From contig NC_073394.1 of the NCBI RefSeq assembly GCF_028641065.1, forward strand, positions 16,492,001 to 16,556,000: DNA of 64,000 bases. Direction: 5' to 3'. Position 1 is the first letter of the stretch. Every line of letters starts with the position of its first letter. This document shows, one piece after another, positions 25,291-38,459 of this stretch. A program made the position numbers and the translations under genes. Under the pieces are notes generated by a model. It was not told the origin of the DNA. It did no database searches and worked only from the letters and a program-made list of their open reading frames with translations. This DNA is from Leucoraja erinacea (lineage: Eukaryota).

Positions 25291-26945
25291 AAAACGCTTT
25301 TTATCATAATGCTCCAACTATAATATTGCCTCAATTCCTGTACCTGTAAGCATATTCATTATTGCTCTCTGCTGTTTTGTTACTTATCTGCCCAGCTGCA
25401 GTTTAATGAGCAGCACTGGTGCAGAACAGCTTAGTCTGAGGCAACTGTGGCGCAGCAGGGACTGTCCCTGGATAGCAGTTGCTAGAATCATCATTACGCT
25501 AATCATGGATAACTTACATTTATATACAAAGGTCACTAAATAGTTCACACAGTTAAAAAGTAAAAACATAACCATATTTAGTTCAGTAAATAAAAGCAGT
25601 TAATATTGTTTTAAAATATATGAACTTGCTCACTGAATTGCAAATGGAAGTTCACAACAGGACCTAACTTAAAGGGAAGAATTTGCAAGCAAATACATTA
25701 AAATTATTAATTATCAATTGAAGTATTTTGCACTGGTGCCAGATTGGATTAGGTCTAATATAGATATGAAGAACAATATTAAACCATATTCATTTCATAT
25801 TGTGGTGCTGATCTGGCCATGATAAATAAATAGAGTTTTGCAATTATTCCTGGTTAATTGAAAGACACTAACCAGAAACAAAGGATAATACATAACATTA
25901 CATCACAATTATCATTAAGTGGCAGAATAGGCTTGAGGGCCTAAATGCTCTACTCCTGCTCTTATGTTTCTTCTTAACCTCAGAACGCTTTTTAAAACAG
26001 AAAAAGCACAACATGGCCACTTAGCCAATTGAGACATTTGTCCAGGACATAATTACTTGATATTTTGTAAAGCATAGACTCAGAAATGAAAGTCGATTTT
26101 TGGGTTTGGCAACATAGCTCATCAACATGCATGCTTTTCAGAATTTTTTTTTGTTTAATTTCCCTGAATTTAAGTACAGTGGACATCATTTTAAAGTTAA
26201 AAAAACATTACAAAAAGAAGTGCCCTAGGAACTCAGCCAGGCAAGTGGTATCTGTGAAAAGAGAAACCAGTTTCAGGACATCAACCTTTTCTCGGAACTA
26301 GAGGAAGAGCTTAAGGGTTACAGTTTTCAGGGATAACAAAGGGTTGGAATGTGGTGTAAGAAATGTAGATAGATTAAGGTGGAATAATTCTCCATATTTT
26401 CACAATCTGTTAGCAAATCCAAATTCAGCAATGTAGTATGCAATGAGGAGATAGTAACAAATTGATAACATTGTCAAGACATGTAGAAGATTTACTTAAA
26501 AAAGAAATATCATATTCAGAGGCCTACAAAGGAGAAGCAAGAGACGGGAATTAATTCTATAGCTGCTTCAAAGAACTGGTGTATGCAATATAGCCCAAAT
26601 GACTTCCTTCTTAGCTACGTGATTCAATAATTCTAACTACTATAGTTAATTGTGTTTATGTATGTTGAATGTTCTCATTATTTAAATTCTTAATAACAAA
26701 TAATAAATTACAAGTCGATTAAAAAATATTGGAAAGTTGAACTGCCACATACTGGATTTGAAATTATTCTGGACAAATTGTCCCACAGTGACTGAAAACT
26801 ATTTCTGCAAATATGAAAATTTGAAATCTATAAGCGCATGCTAAAATAAATAGCAAGAGAATTGATTATTAAGCACCAGAAAATAGTCTTTATTCTAATC
26901 TTATTCTGCCCATTTATCCAGTTTAAATGATTACAGCATACCTAC

Positions 26946-27012
26946 CAGCACCACGTTGTTGCTCACTTTCTTTGTCGCTGTCCATGTCCTCAATGTTAAT
27001 GTCATTGTCCTC
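26946..27012 (-). CDS. IFTAP: IFTAP coding exon 3: EDNDINIEDMDSDKESEQQRGA(G), 67 nt
   Basis: Resembles the VDNFLDLEDLDMDEE segment of C11orf74. Acceptor tttaag, donor G|gtaggt, phase 0 to 1. Confidence 0.85.
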
Positions 27013-30000
27013 CTTAAATGTATTAAAGACAACCAAAAGTTAACAAACAATCTTTAAATGCAAACCATAACCTTGCTAAATTAATATGTAGTCAATTATT
27101 AAACTATCTTCCATTTGTACAATACCATAAATTAAACCTTTATAGTATAAAATTTGAAAAACAGATGTTTGATAAGAAAGCATTGATGCATCATATGAAA
27201 GGGTAAACAGTGCTTACTCTACAATGCTCCAAGAAATATATATTCCCAAGAAGACCAGGAACGGGTGATGGAAAGCAAGGGGCAAAGAGACAAAACATTT
27301 CAAATTTCTGCAAATCTCAAAGGTTATTTAAACAATGTTAAAAATATAATTATTCCCTGAAGATTTATTTCCTGTATTTTACTGGGAGATGAGAAAATCA
27401 TACGACTGAGAAACCATAATCTATTTCAGGCAAATTTTAATGGCAGCACATCATAAAAGTATTTTTCATTCTTGGCAACTGCATAGGTCGGCAAAGTGGC
27501 CAATAGTCTGACCGTAAAGCATATGTGAAAGACTACATTGGGTGGTACCCACAATGGGTGTTGAGGGGGCAGTGACCTTGATGCAGAGACATAAGGAGTA
27601 GAGAAGGACATTGCAGAATGTCAAGAAGTTGCAGAGAAAATCGCAAGAATGTAGAGAAATTACAATAGGTTCATATGAGGAGAAAGGAAACAGTTCCATC
27701 CACCTGTCCTGCCCCATAAACAACACTCAAATAGCAGGATCTGGCAGCTCCAATCTCACTTTAGTTGCTGCCATTCACAGATCCTGAGAATTAAGTTCAG
27801 ATGGATCCCAAAATCCAAGGGAAAGAACCTGGTTTAAACATTATAACCTCTTATTCTCCTCTCTGGTGGAACCTTTCATGAATAAACTGGAAATAATTCA
27901 AGTAGATTGATTTTCACATTTTGTAACATTTGTTCATTTGCCATATGTGGGAGATAACCAAATGGAAAGGATGGAAGAAAGCTTCTAAACTGAGAAGTCA
28001 TATCTAAAACCATCACCTACCCCTCTCTGCCACAAGCTCAGATATCCATCCACCACTCCCACCACCAGCTGATCAAGTCCTAATTTGATTGGGACTTCTC
28101 TCTCTCCCAGCCCCAGGAATCATCCCACTTCCCTGCATTGCATTGTATTGTATTGTATTGTATTCCTTTATTGTCATTCAGACTTTTCAGTCTGAACGAA
28201 ATTTCGATACCTTTAGTATCTTTGCTTTGTACATTTCATAAAGGAAGGAAACTATGCCACAGACAATTAGTAGCACCTTACAGCATGGTGAATGAATATA
28301 TAGGCCTTTTAATTCAAACGTTTCAAAGGTCGGTTTATTGTCACGTGTACCAATTAAGGTATGTTGATTCAACCAGAAAGTCGGGTTGAAGAGGCATTCA
28401 TGTGTTATTTTCAAAAATCAAAATTCAAAATTCTAGGTTATTAATGAATCAGTCTCAAATCAATTTCACTCACTTTATTCTCATACTCAGAATTATGTGC
28501 CACATGATGTTTTGGTCAGGAACGGCCCTGGCCCGAAACTTCACCTATCCACATTCTCCAGGGGTGTTGCCTGACCTGCTGAATTACTCCAGCACTTTGT
28601 GTCTTCTTTTGTAAACCAGCATCTACAGTTGCTAGTTTCTCTATTCTTTAGGTTTTTTAGTTAATTTCAAAATAATCGTAGTAATATTTTGTGGATTCTG
28701 ATGAATTATGGAGAAAAATCTTAACTTAGTAATTATTTTGCAAATGCTTTTTCAGCACATTGTAACTTTTATGACATCAAACTCACCACTGTAAAATGCT
28801 CACTAATCTTGACATTGCACGATTTAGTCAAATTAGGACACAAATTGTTCAGAGTGAATGCATTGCTTAACTTACCAAAGCAACCTACTTTGGGCTACAC
28901 ACTAGTTTCAGATCTGACTGTAGGGGGCATAACCGTACTAGCATAGGTGATTTTTCACCACTAACCCTGAAAAGTAGCCCTGGTGGTCTGTTCGCCCTTG
29001 GGTCATGGATGAATAAACTGAAAGATTAAAAAGTACAAAGGAAACACCTCGCTTGACAATTGTGACATTGTGAAACTCACTATCTTTGGTGGTGTATTTG
29101 ATTGTTTCAGGATTAAAATATTGAGCACACCATGATAAACAGTCACAAGGTGGGCAGAAGCATTACTTCATTTTTTTCTCTCTTAAGCCGACTTAATTTG
29201 AATGTTATTTATCATTCCAAATGTAAATAAAATTCACAGTACAGAATATATTTTGTTCCAAACACCATGTTCTGTTCAGTCTACCATTAACAAAATAACA
29301 ACTGTTCTATATGGTTAACAAAAAACAGGAAACATAAAAACACAAGCCAGAATGTAACATGTCACACGAGGAAAGCCTGAACTAATGTGATCTCAGTTAT
29401 TTAGTTGGCACTGAAATTATTAAAATTAATTCAGAAATGTGTAGTATTTATAGTCATCTACAATCCTTCACATCTTTGGAGAATATATATCATACTTTTA
29501 ACAGCCAGGCTTTACCTAATTGCAATTAACACAGAGCGTGTATTGCGAAGTATCACATAAAAATTATGTTGAGGAAGGAGGCAACACATTGTAGATTACA
29601 ACTTTTCAAATACTTAAAGAATATGGTGAGGGTTACACTGCTACCCAATCCGAGCAACATGTTTTCACCATCTGGTTGAGAATATATTTGACAGCAACAG
29701 TTAACATATTTTGATAATACATCAATGTCTTCAGGAAATTACAAATATTTGGTCATTCACATTGATGCCACATTACCAAACTGAATTTGAAAAATATTTA
29801 ACATGAATATTAAAATTGTTTGAAAAATATTATCTTATTGCTGTCTTTTCTCTGCAGTAAATATAAGAAAATAAGACATTTTTATCCATATAAAATTAAT
29901 TGTGAGCAAAATTATTGATATATGTTCATTTGAAATTTCGTATTCCAGGCATTAAGTAAGGCACAGATGCATTATTTAGTTTAAATTGGAATTTGATCCC

Positions 30001-30149
30001 ATTGCAACAGGTCTATACAGCAAGCACAGAATGAACTGGAAAGGGTGGGGCTGTTTTCATTAGTACAAATGATGGGAGATTTGATTGATTTAAAAATCAC
30101 AAAATGTAACAATGTATACAAAAAAGGACCCATATTCTTTAATAGAAAG

Positions 30150-30920
30150 TCTGTATCTGGACTTTCAAAAAGCCTTTGACAAGGTCCCACACAAGAGATT
30201 AGTGAGCACATGGTATTGGGGGCAGGGTATTGACATGGATAGAGAACTGGTTGGCAGACAGGAAGCAAAGTGTAGGAATTAACGGGTCCTTTTCAGAATG
30301 GCAGGCAGTGACTTGTGGGGTGCTGCAAGGTTTGGTGCTGGGACCACAGTTGTTTTACAATCTATATAAACGTTTTAGACGAAGGAATTAAATGTAACAT
30401 CTCTACATTTGCGGAAGACACAAAGCTGGGTGGCAGTGTGAAACAGTGTTTCCACTTTGAAAGAAATTACCCGACATTCGGGAAATTCTGATTGTCTTCG
30501 GGTAATTTTAGGGAAATTAGATAATTTCGGGAAATTTCACAGCCTTCCCCAACTGCACACGTGCGTGGAGACGCGAAGGGATATGAGGATTTTTTTTTTT
30601 TTCCGACCATTCGCGCGTGCGCAGTTGGGGGAGTTGAAAATGGTGCCAGTGACAGGGTAGGGACGCAAAACGATGCCGTCTCCTTGCGCGTGCGCAGTGG
30701 GCCCAGTATCCGCGCGTGCGCAGTTGGGGCAGCAGTCGCACATGCGCAGTTGGGCAAGGCTTAAATTTCAAGAAATACCATCAAATTCTAGGAAATCTGG
30801 GAGTCTATTTCCAAAAATGTTTTTTTGAGGTGTGGAAGCACTGTGGAAGCACTGGTGTGAGCTGTGAGGCGAATGCTATGAGGCTGCAGGGTGACTTGGA
30901 TAGGTTGGGAGGATGGGCAG
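30150..30920 (+). mobile_element. CR1 LINE RT fragment split by a nested hAT-like MITE
   Basis: YLDFQKAFDKVPH..FAEDTKLGGSV|..LQGDLDRLG coding remnants on either side of 30444-30854. Confidence 0.8.
30444..30854. mobile_element. hAT-like MITE
   Basis: TIRs CAGTGTTTCCAC...GTGGAAGCACTG (right end tandemly duplicated); imperfect 8-bp TSD GTGTGAAA/GTGTGAGC derived from CR1 sequence. Confidence 0.75.
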
Positions 30921-31199
30921 GAGAGAAACAAAGTTTAACATTTTAAATTGATGATTGATGAAAAGTCATTAACCTTGTTGTACAGGTATATTTGAGGTAG
31001 AGTGACAACGAGAAGAGAACATTTTGTATATTTTATTCATCCAAAGAATCTAGACTTTGTCAGCATTTAATTGTACCAAGAGGTTCCTAGTGAGCTGCCC
31101 TCTTGAACTGCCACAGTCCTTGAAGAGTAGTGATAACCCCAATATTGTTAAGGAGGGAATTCCAGTATTCTGACCCAGCAATAGCAAAGGACTGGTGAT

Positions 31200-31495
31200 T
31201 GATTGATTAAAAGATACAGCACAAAACAGGCCCTTCGACCCGCTGAGTCCATGCGGACCATTGACACCAGTTCACACAAAAGTTCTATGGTATCCCACTT
31301 TCGCAACAATTCCCTACACACTAGGGGTAATTTACAAAGGCCAATTAAACTGCAAACCTGCATGTCCTTGGATGTGGGAGAAGAAATCCATGCAGTCACA
31401 GGGAGAACATGCAGATTCCACACAGACAGCACCTGAGGTCAGAATTGTACATAGGTCTTTGGTGCTGTGAGGCTGCAGCTCTACTAGCAGCATCA
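31200..31495 (-). mobile_element. HE1-like SINE
   Basis: Same central and 3' domains as the other HE1-like copies. Confidence 0.75.
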
Positions 31496-32415
31496 TCATG
31501 TATGATGATATATTTTCAAGTCAGGATGACATGTGACTTGGAGGGCATCTACCTGGTGGTGGTGTTCCAATACATTTGTTGCCCTCATCCTTCTAGTTAG
31601 TAGAAGTTGTGTGTTTGGAAGGTGGTGTCTAATGATTCTCGGTGAGCTGCCACAGTGCATCCTGCAGATGGTACCAACTGGTGCTGCTACTATGCATTGG
31701 TAGTGGAGTGAGTGAATATTTGTGTATGGGGAGCCTATCAAGCAGGATGCTTAGCTTGAAAGTGACATAATTGGCTCCAGGAATAGAGTTTTAAATTTTA
31801 ACAAAGAAAAATATGCACATTTGAGGGGAGAGTTGACTTTGAATGACTAAAAATACATTGAAATATTTGACAGGCAATGACTGGCACTTACGGGAATCAT
31901 GCATAAACTGTAAGAAAATGATTACTTCATACACAAAAAAACAAAGGAAATAAGTGATTCGTGCGTGACTAAGGAAAATTAAAGATAGCATTATATCAAA
32001 GTACAAGATTTATCAAATTGCCAGAAATAGTAGTAGCCTGACAATTGGGACTGTTTTAAAACACTGTTCAGTAGACCAAAGAAATTAGCTAAAGAGAAGA
32101 TAAAATATGCAAGTAGACTAGTGAGAAACAAAAACAGACTGTAAGATCCTCTATGAGTATGTCAAAAAGGAAAAGGGCAAATGACAGTCCCTTGGAAATG
32201 GGAGAATTTACAACAGGGAATAAGGAAATGGCAGAGAAGTCAAAGTCTTAGCAGAAGACAAAAAATCTTGCCAAAAATATTGGATAACCAAAAGTGTAGC
32301 AAGAATGAGGAATCGAAGGAAATAAATACGTCAAAAAGTTGAAGGAAATGAGTACGAGTCAAGATGTAATGTAATATGTTAACATAACTCCTATGTATCT
32401 CCAGCTCAAACATGC

Positions 32416-32552
32416 CTCATCATCATCCTTAAGTGGTTGTTCTCCCTTCTCATGAAAGCGCATCAATACTTGCTTCACATCTTGGTCTTTTCCAGCATCT
32501 TCTGCTATCCCTGCAGTGGTAGGAGATGCTATCTTTTGTTTCTTCATGTCAT
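32416..32552 (-). CDS. IFTAP: IFTAP coding exon 2: (D)DMKKQKIASPTTAGIAEDAGKDQDVKQVLMRFHEKGEQPLKDDDE, phase 1 to 0
   Basis: Acceptor tttccag. The 137-nt open frame links the phase-1 upstream exon to the phase-0 downstream exon. Donor GAG|gcatgt. This part of the protein is poorly conserved, so the call rests on phase compatibility. Confidence 0.7.
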
Positions 32553-34155
32553 CTGGAAACAAGGACACCATATTTAGATAGAAACTTTAAAACTACTTTT
32601 GTTCACAAGTCATGAAGCTTGGCATTATGTTGCATCTAGAACGGCACAATGCATTTTTTATTCGATAATCTATATGAAGAAGAAACATACAGAATCTATA
32701 CTCTGAATCATATAAAGTTCTACGTCAGGATTTTTGTGTGGATTTCTTAATGCAATATCAGTAGTCAGCATTTTGCTGCATCATTAATCAAGAAAATCTC
32801 CACACTCATATTGCCTGCTGCCACTTATGAAAAGGAAACCAAATTCAAAGTATTTGATACTAACCCTCAAGAGGGACTGTAGAACACACTCAAGTTCAGC
32901 TATGCACAGAAATTCAATTCAATTCTTATTTTAGCTTTATAACAATATGGAGGCTGTGGTACCCATCAATTGGTCTACATTTGAACTAATCTCAGGATGG
33001 CCTGCATTGTTCCCCCAACACTTTTCTCAATCTTTTCTCAACATTGCACCTCACCTTCAATAAAGTTAGAATGGAGCTAATCTTCGGAACTATTAGAAAA
33101 CTATTCACAATCTAAAGATCACTCCAACACCTGGAGTCATCGTACGATGTACAGAAAATGCATATGTTTTCGCACACCGGTGGTTGCAAACCATCATAGA
33201 CTCATGAACTTAAGCACATGAGAGGATTAGCTGTACCCACACATTCACAAGGCAAAAGGTCCTCAACCAACCTATCCCCACTGCATAACAATAGCCTCCA
33301 ACAATAAAAAATCATCATGAGGCCCTGGAAAAGATGGACTGCTTCCTGTATCTCAGATGCCAACTCTCTGGGAAAGCAGGCATCAGTGATGAAATTCACC
33401 ACCAGTTCATTTTGGTCAAATGAGGGAAAGATATTTGAAAATTACAACCTCAACATGCCACAAAACTCATGGTCTGAAGAAGAGATCATGCCCATTCTTC
33501 TGGGTGGTCAACAGTTGACATCTCAAAGCACTGGATGAAATATCACAAACACCGCCTCTGATAAATCTTCCAAATTAATTGGAAGGATAATCAAACCAAC
33601 ATCACTGTTCCCCGCTGAGGCCAACATCCCCCAGCATCTAGGCTGTTACATTCAGACCGCTACATTGGGCAAACCATGTCATTTGTGCACCCAACAACAG
33701 ACCCCATTACTGTTACATCTGGTCTATTTTAGATTCCAGTCCACAGCCTTAATAAGTAGGTTTGTTCAAAAAATGTTAAGTATGGATGATAGTGGCTCTA
33801 AAAGAGAGCGGAGTCAGGGGATATGGGGTGAAGGCAGGAACGGGGTACTGATTGGGGATGATCAGCCATGATCACATTGAATGACGTTGCTGGCTCGAAG
33901 GGCCGAATGGCCTACTCCTGCACCTATTGTCTGTTGTCTATTGTCTGTAGTGACGCTTAAGTGGCTTTTAGATAGGCACATGGATATGCCAAGGATGGAG
34001 AGATATGGATCATGTGCAGGCGGTTGAGATTAATTTATCTTGGCATCATGTGGTGTACTGTTCATTGTTCTATATTCTATGGACAGCGATGCTAACATCT
34101 TGTGAATGAATAAAAATAGATTTTTGTTTTTATCCAATCTGATGGAGTGGCTTGC

Positions 34156-34285
34156 CTTTTTTAAGATGTATAAATGATTCTAGAAATTCCTCATATGTTT
34201 GTTCATGGCTCCTGCAGAACCTTTCTAAAACATCACAGGTTATTTCTTCCTTCTCCATTGTTTGTGATCCTGACAACAATGGCAT
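34156..34285 (-). CDS. IFTAP: IFTAP/NWC coding exon 1: MPLLSGSQTMEKEEITCDVLERFCRSHEQTYEEFLESFIHLKK, ends in phase 1
   Basis: Resembles the C11orf74 N-terminal motif DVLxKF..HEQTYxEEFLxTFTHL. Acceptor tttcag puts the exon start at 34300. Donor AAG|gcaagc (GC type). Sits beside RAG2 as expected from synteny. Confidence 0.9.
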
Positions 34286-34521
34286 GTCTGATGCATTATC
34301 CTGAAATGGAAAAAAGTATAATTAGAGATATAGCATTCAATAATTTCAAACAAAAAAACAAATTAATTTTAAGTCAGTGTAAGGTGATGTGATGGGGTGA
34401 ATCCATTCTCATCCTATTATTTCTAAACATTGATAATTCAGGAATTATGGAGAAACATATTTATACCGAAGTATAGAAATTAAATAAAACTAGTGGTAAA
34501 TAAAAAAAAGTATGAACAATT

Positions 34522-35148
34522 AGAAACATAGAAACATAGAAATTAGGTGCAGGAGTAAGCCATTCGGCCCTTCGAGCCTGCACCGCCATTCAATCTGATC
34601 ATGGCTGATCATCCAACTCAGTATCCCGTACCCGCCTTCTCTCCATACCCCCTGATCCCCTTAGCCACAAGGGCCACATCTAACTCCCTCTTAAATATAG
34701 CCAATGAACTGGACTCAACTACCCTCTGTGGCAGAGAATTCCAGAGATTCACCACTCTCTGCGTGAAAAAAGTTCCTCTCATCTCGGTTTTAAAGGATTT
34801 TCCCCTTTATCCTTAAGCTGAGACCCCTTGTCCTGGACTTCCCTAACATCGGGTAAACAATCTTCCTGCATCTAGCCTGTCCAACCCCTTAAGAATTTTG
34901 TAAGTTTCTATAAGATCCCCTCTCAATCTTCTAAATTCTAGAGAGTATAAACCAAGTCTATCCAGTCTTTCTTCATAAGACAGTCCTGACATCCCAGGAA
35001 TCAGTCTGGTGAACCTTCTCTGCACTCCCTCTATGGCAATAATGTCCTTCCTCAGATTTGGAGACCAAAACTGTACGCAATACTCCAGGTGTGGTCTCAC
35101 CAAGACCCTGTACAACTGCAGTAGAACCTCTCTGCTCCTATACTCAAA
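34522..35148 (-). mobile_element. CR1/HER1 LINE 3' fragment
   Basis: [45 protein letters not shown]; (TTCTATGT)n tail. Confidence 0.92.
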
Positions 35149-35930
35149 TTGATATGCCCTTATCTTTAGAGAGCATGAATGAAAGGGGAAATAATTTATG
35201 TGACCTGTTGTCTGAAAGTATAGATAGAATCAGATTTAGAGTATCCAGTTAAGTTTGAGACACTGTTTCTCAGGATATATTGAGCTATATTGGTCTTTGG
35301 TGAGTTAAAGGGGAGAGGAAACACAATGGTGGTGCATACAGATTTACCAGAATTATGTAGGGATGAAAGCAGGTGGCACCACTGAAGCTTATCTTCATTG
35401 ACTAAAGATTAGAAGTGATCTAATTGATGTGCCTGAGATAAGTAAAGATGTGCTGTGTTTTCTCCTATGGGGAAAGTCCATAACTTTACAAATAAAGATG
35501 TGACATTCAAAAACTATGGCTGGAAAATGTCAATAAAAGAAGAGGGCCATACACTTTCATAGACCTGCTTTTTCAATCGATAAGACCATGGTCGAACATT
35601 TACCTCAACTTCACTTTCGCACCTTGCCACCAAGATGCTACTAACTCTAGCTAAATTGGAATTTCAAAGTTGAGAAAATTAGATTTAGATGTTAAATAAG
35701 GTATTACAGGTAACAGATTGATGCCACTGAAATAAACATATAGTTCAGCCATGATCAAGCTGAATGCAGCAGCAAGCTCCACGGTTTCTATGAGGCAGAG
35801 TTTCATCTATGAAATAATACTTCCAATAATATAGTAGTCTCTAAATAGCACTTCCACACTTGAGTCACGTTAAACCATAGTTCCCTTGTTTAAAGACTTA
35901 AATGTACCACCAACTAAACAAAGCAAACAT

Positions 35931-36595
35931 CAAGTCAAGTCAAGTCAGGTTTATTTGTCACATACACATACAAGATGTGCAGTGAAATGAAAGTGCCAAT
36001 GCCTGCGGATTGTGCAAAAAACTACAGAACAGAATCAGTAATTACATATTAGAAAAAAACCCAGCAATTTTTAAGAAGACACAACATGGGTTTCGGCCTG
36101 AAACGTCGCCTATTTTCTTTGCTCCATAGATGCTGCTGCACCTGCTGAGTTTCTCCAGCAATTTTGTGTACCTTCGATCTTCCAGCATCTGCAGTTCCTT
36201 CTTGAACAACATAATAGTAAATTGGTACAGTAAATTAGTCCCTGGTGAGATTAGATACAGTTCTAATGGCCTGCAGAAAGAAATTCCGTTTCATCCTCTC
36301 TGTTTTCACAGCATGACAGCGGAGGTGTTTGTCTGACCATAGCAGCTGGAACAGACCGTTGCTGGGGTGGTAGGGGTCCCCCATAATGTTGCTGGCTCTG
36401 GATCTGCACCTCTGATGTATAGGTCCTGCAGGGGGTCGAGTGTAGTTCCCATAGTGCGTTCAGCCGAATGCAAAGCCTTCTTGTCCTGTGCAGAGCAGTT
36501 CCCAAAAAAGATAGTGATGTTGCCGGATGCTTTCTACAGCCGCTGAGTAGAAGCACTGAAGGATCCTCAGAGAGACTCTGAATTTTGCACTGTTC
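35931..36595 (-). mobile_element. Rex1/Babar LINE 3' fragment with a nested Penelope-terminus repeat (~36088-36207)
   Basis: FYSAAVESI.. coding remnant and (CTTGA)n tail at 35931-35947. Confidence 0.7.
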
Positions 36596-37440
36596 CGATC
36601 TCTGGGGTTGATACAGATTCGTATTTCGTCTTTGTTTTTCTTGGCGGCCACTACTATGGTTGAGACCCAATCCGACGGGTCGTTGACTGCAGCGATGATG
36701 CCTTGGGATTCCATTCTTTGAAGTTTGTTTTGTTCACCCATGGTCGGGCCTATTGAGGCCACCGCAGTCGTCGCAACGGCAGTCTGATGTTGCAGGCCCT
36801 CTCGCCGGATGATGGAGTTCCGGTCAGGAGAACACTCTCAGCGGCTTGGAATGCCTGTAACGGCAGCTTCCTCACAGAATGGGTTGGCAACACTCACATG
36901 GTACGATGACTGCGGACCCAGCCCTGCGAGGCGGATATGAGAGTCAGTAGCTTCAGCAACGCGGCAGACATTCTCTGCTCCGATGAGTTAAATCAGCATC
37001 CCGTAGTAGTTTACTTTTCACTTTATCATTCAAGATGCCACTCACCAGGCTATCGTGGACAACCTCGTCACACAGGTCTCCAAAACAACACCGGCTTGCA
37101 ATGTGTTTTATGGTACTGATGTAAGCCTCGACAGGCTCGCCAGGGAGCTAGTTTCCTTGATAGAATTTGTTGCGTTCCATAACCATATTGGTCTGAAGTT
37201 CACACAGGTGACTGAACTTGGTCATTAGACAGAATGGGTCGTTTATAGACTCTTGAGGGGTGGTCTCCTCATTTTTGTCACTCATTACAGTCGGGGCATA
37301 GAGGAACCGCTCATCTCATTGAATGGCTTCAGATCCGGCGACTGATCCGTACAGCAGTTATCTGGTCTGGAGGCGCTCTGCGATGGGCAGCTCGAATGTC
37401 GACATTGAAATCCCTTTCAAAAATCTGCCAATGTTAACTG
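36596..37440 (-). mobile_element. Gypsy LTR retrotransposon internal remnant (gag and RT pieces)
   Basis: LQRMESQGIIAAVNDPSDWVSTIVVAAKKNKDEIRICINPRD (Gypsy RT start), plus gag-like WQIFER and MERNKF segments. Confidence 0.75.
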
Positions 37441-37471
37441 AGGTCGGCATCGAAAACTAGGTCGGCATCGA

Positions 37472-37600
37472 CTGAAGAAGGGTTTCGGCCCGAAACGTTG
37501 CCTATTTCCTTCGCTCCATAGATGCTACAGCACCCACTGAGTTTCTCCAGCACTTTTGTCTACCTTCGATTTTCCAGCATCTGCAGTTCCTTCTTGAACA
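37472..37600 (+). mobile_element. Short Penelope-terminus-derived repeat with a hammerhead-like core
   Basis: CTGAAGA-AGGGTTTCGGCCC-GAAAC-GTT...CCAGCATCTGCAGTTCCTTCTTGAAC. Confidence 0.7.
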
Positions 37601-37947
37601 TTACATCCACTGGTTCTCTTTTGCACACAATTCTTATTGTCAAAGAACTCCAGTGAATTTGTCAAACACAATTTCCCTTTCATAAAACTATGAAGGCTCA
37701 TTGATGGTCTTATGATTTTCTGCATGTCTACTTTTCTACCGCCTTGATAATGGATTCCCAACACTTTCTCAATGACAGATGATAGTAAACTATAAACTAA
37801 CTAGCTTTCCTGCTCTCTGCTACCCTTCTTCCCTGAATATTGGCATCACATTTGCAATTTCCCAATCCTCTGGCACCTCTCCAGAATGCAGGGTATTTTG
37901 TTTTATTAAACCAATACTTCATCTTTCTCGGCAACCACTTCATTTAG

Positions 37948-38459
37948 GAGGGGGTGGAGAGAACTGGAGAGAGGGGGAGAGAAGGGGGGAGAAGGGGGGA
38001 GAAGGGGGGGGGAGAAGGATGGGAGAAGGGGGGGAGAAGGGGAGAGAAGGAGTGGAGACACTTTTAAGAAGCCAGACAACTTTTAATAAAGTTTAGCGGG
38101 CATTTAACATTACCAGTCGTTTTACTTACCTTGTTTTTTCTCAACGAGCTATTACCTCCGATTACCTTTGATTACCTACGATAGCATAACGACCTACTAC
38201 AACCTACCTCAACTAAACCTACGAGTAAAAAAATATTGATTTTTTCCATGGCAACCTTTTTTTACTCACGGGCAATTTTCAGCTTGCAGAAAAAAACGCC
38301 ACAAACTAACTGAGGCCTCGAGTACGCGGGAACAACTCTCGAGCATGAAGGAGAGTTACAAAGACCTCTTAGGACCTCATGTTGAATATGCTGCAAGTAT
38401 GAGTCGAGGGCAAACTCTTCTAAACTCGCGAATTAGGTCTCCGCAGTGGGACAGGCCCT
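37948..38459. mobile_element. Truncated Harbinger-like non-autonomous element with a GA-rich repeat
   Basis: Right TIR GCAGTGGGACAGGCCCT followed by TAA; related to 59378-60155. Confidence 0.7.

Noticed and set aside
27848-29017. Two exon-like segments on - (acceptors near 27886 and 29017) as extra IFTAP exons
   Set aside because: Both contain stops in the required phase-0 frame and show no homology; the gene model is in frame without them.
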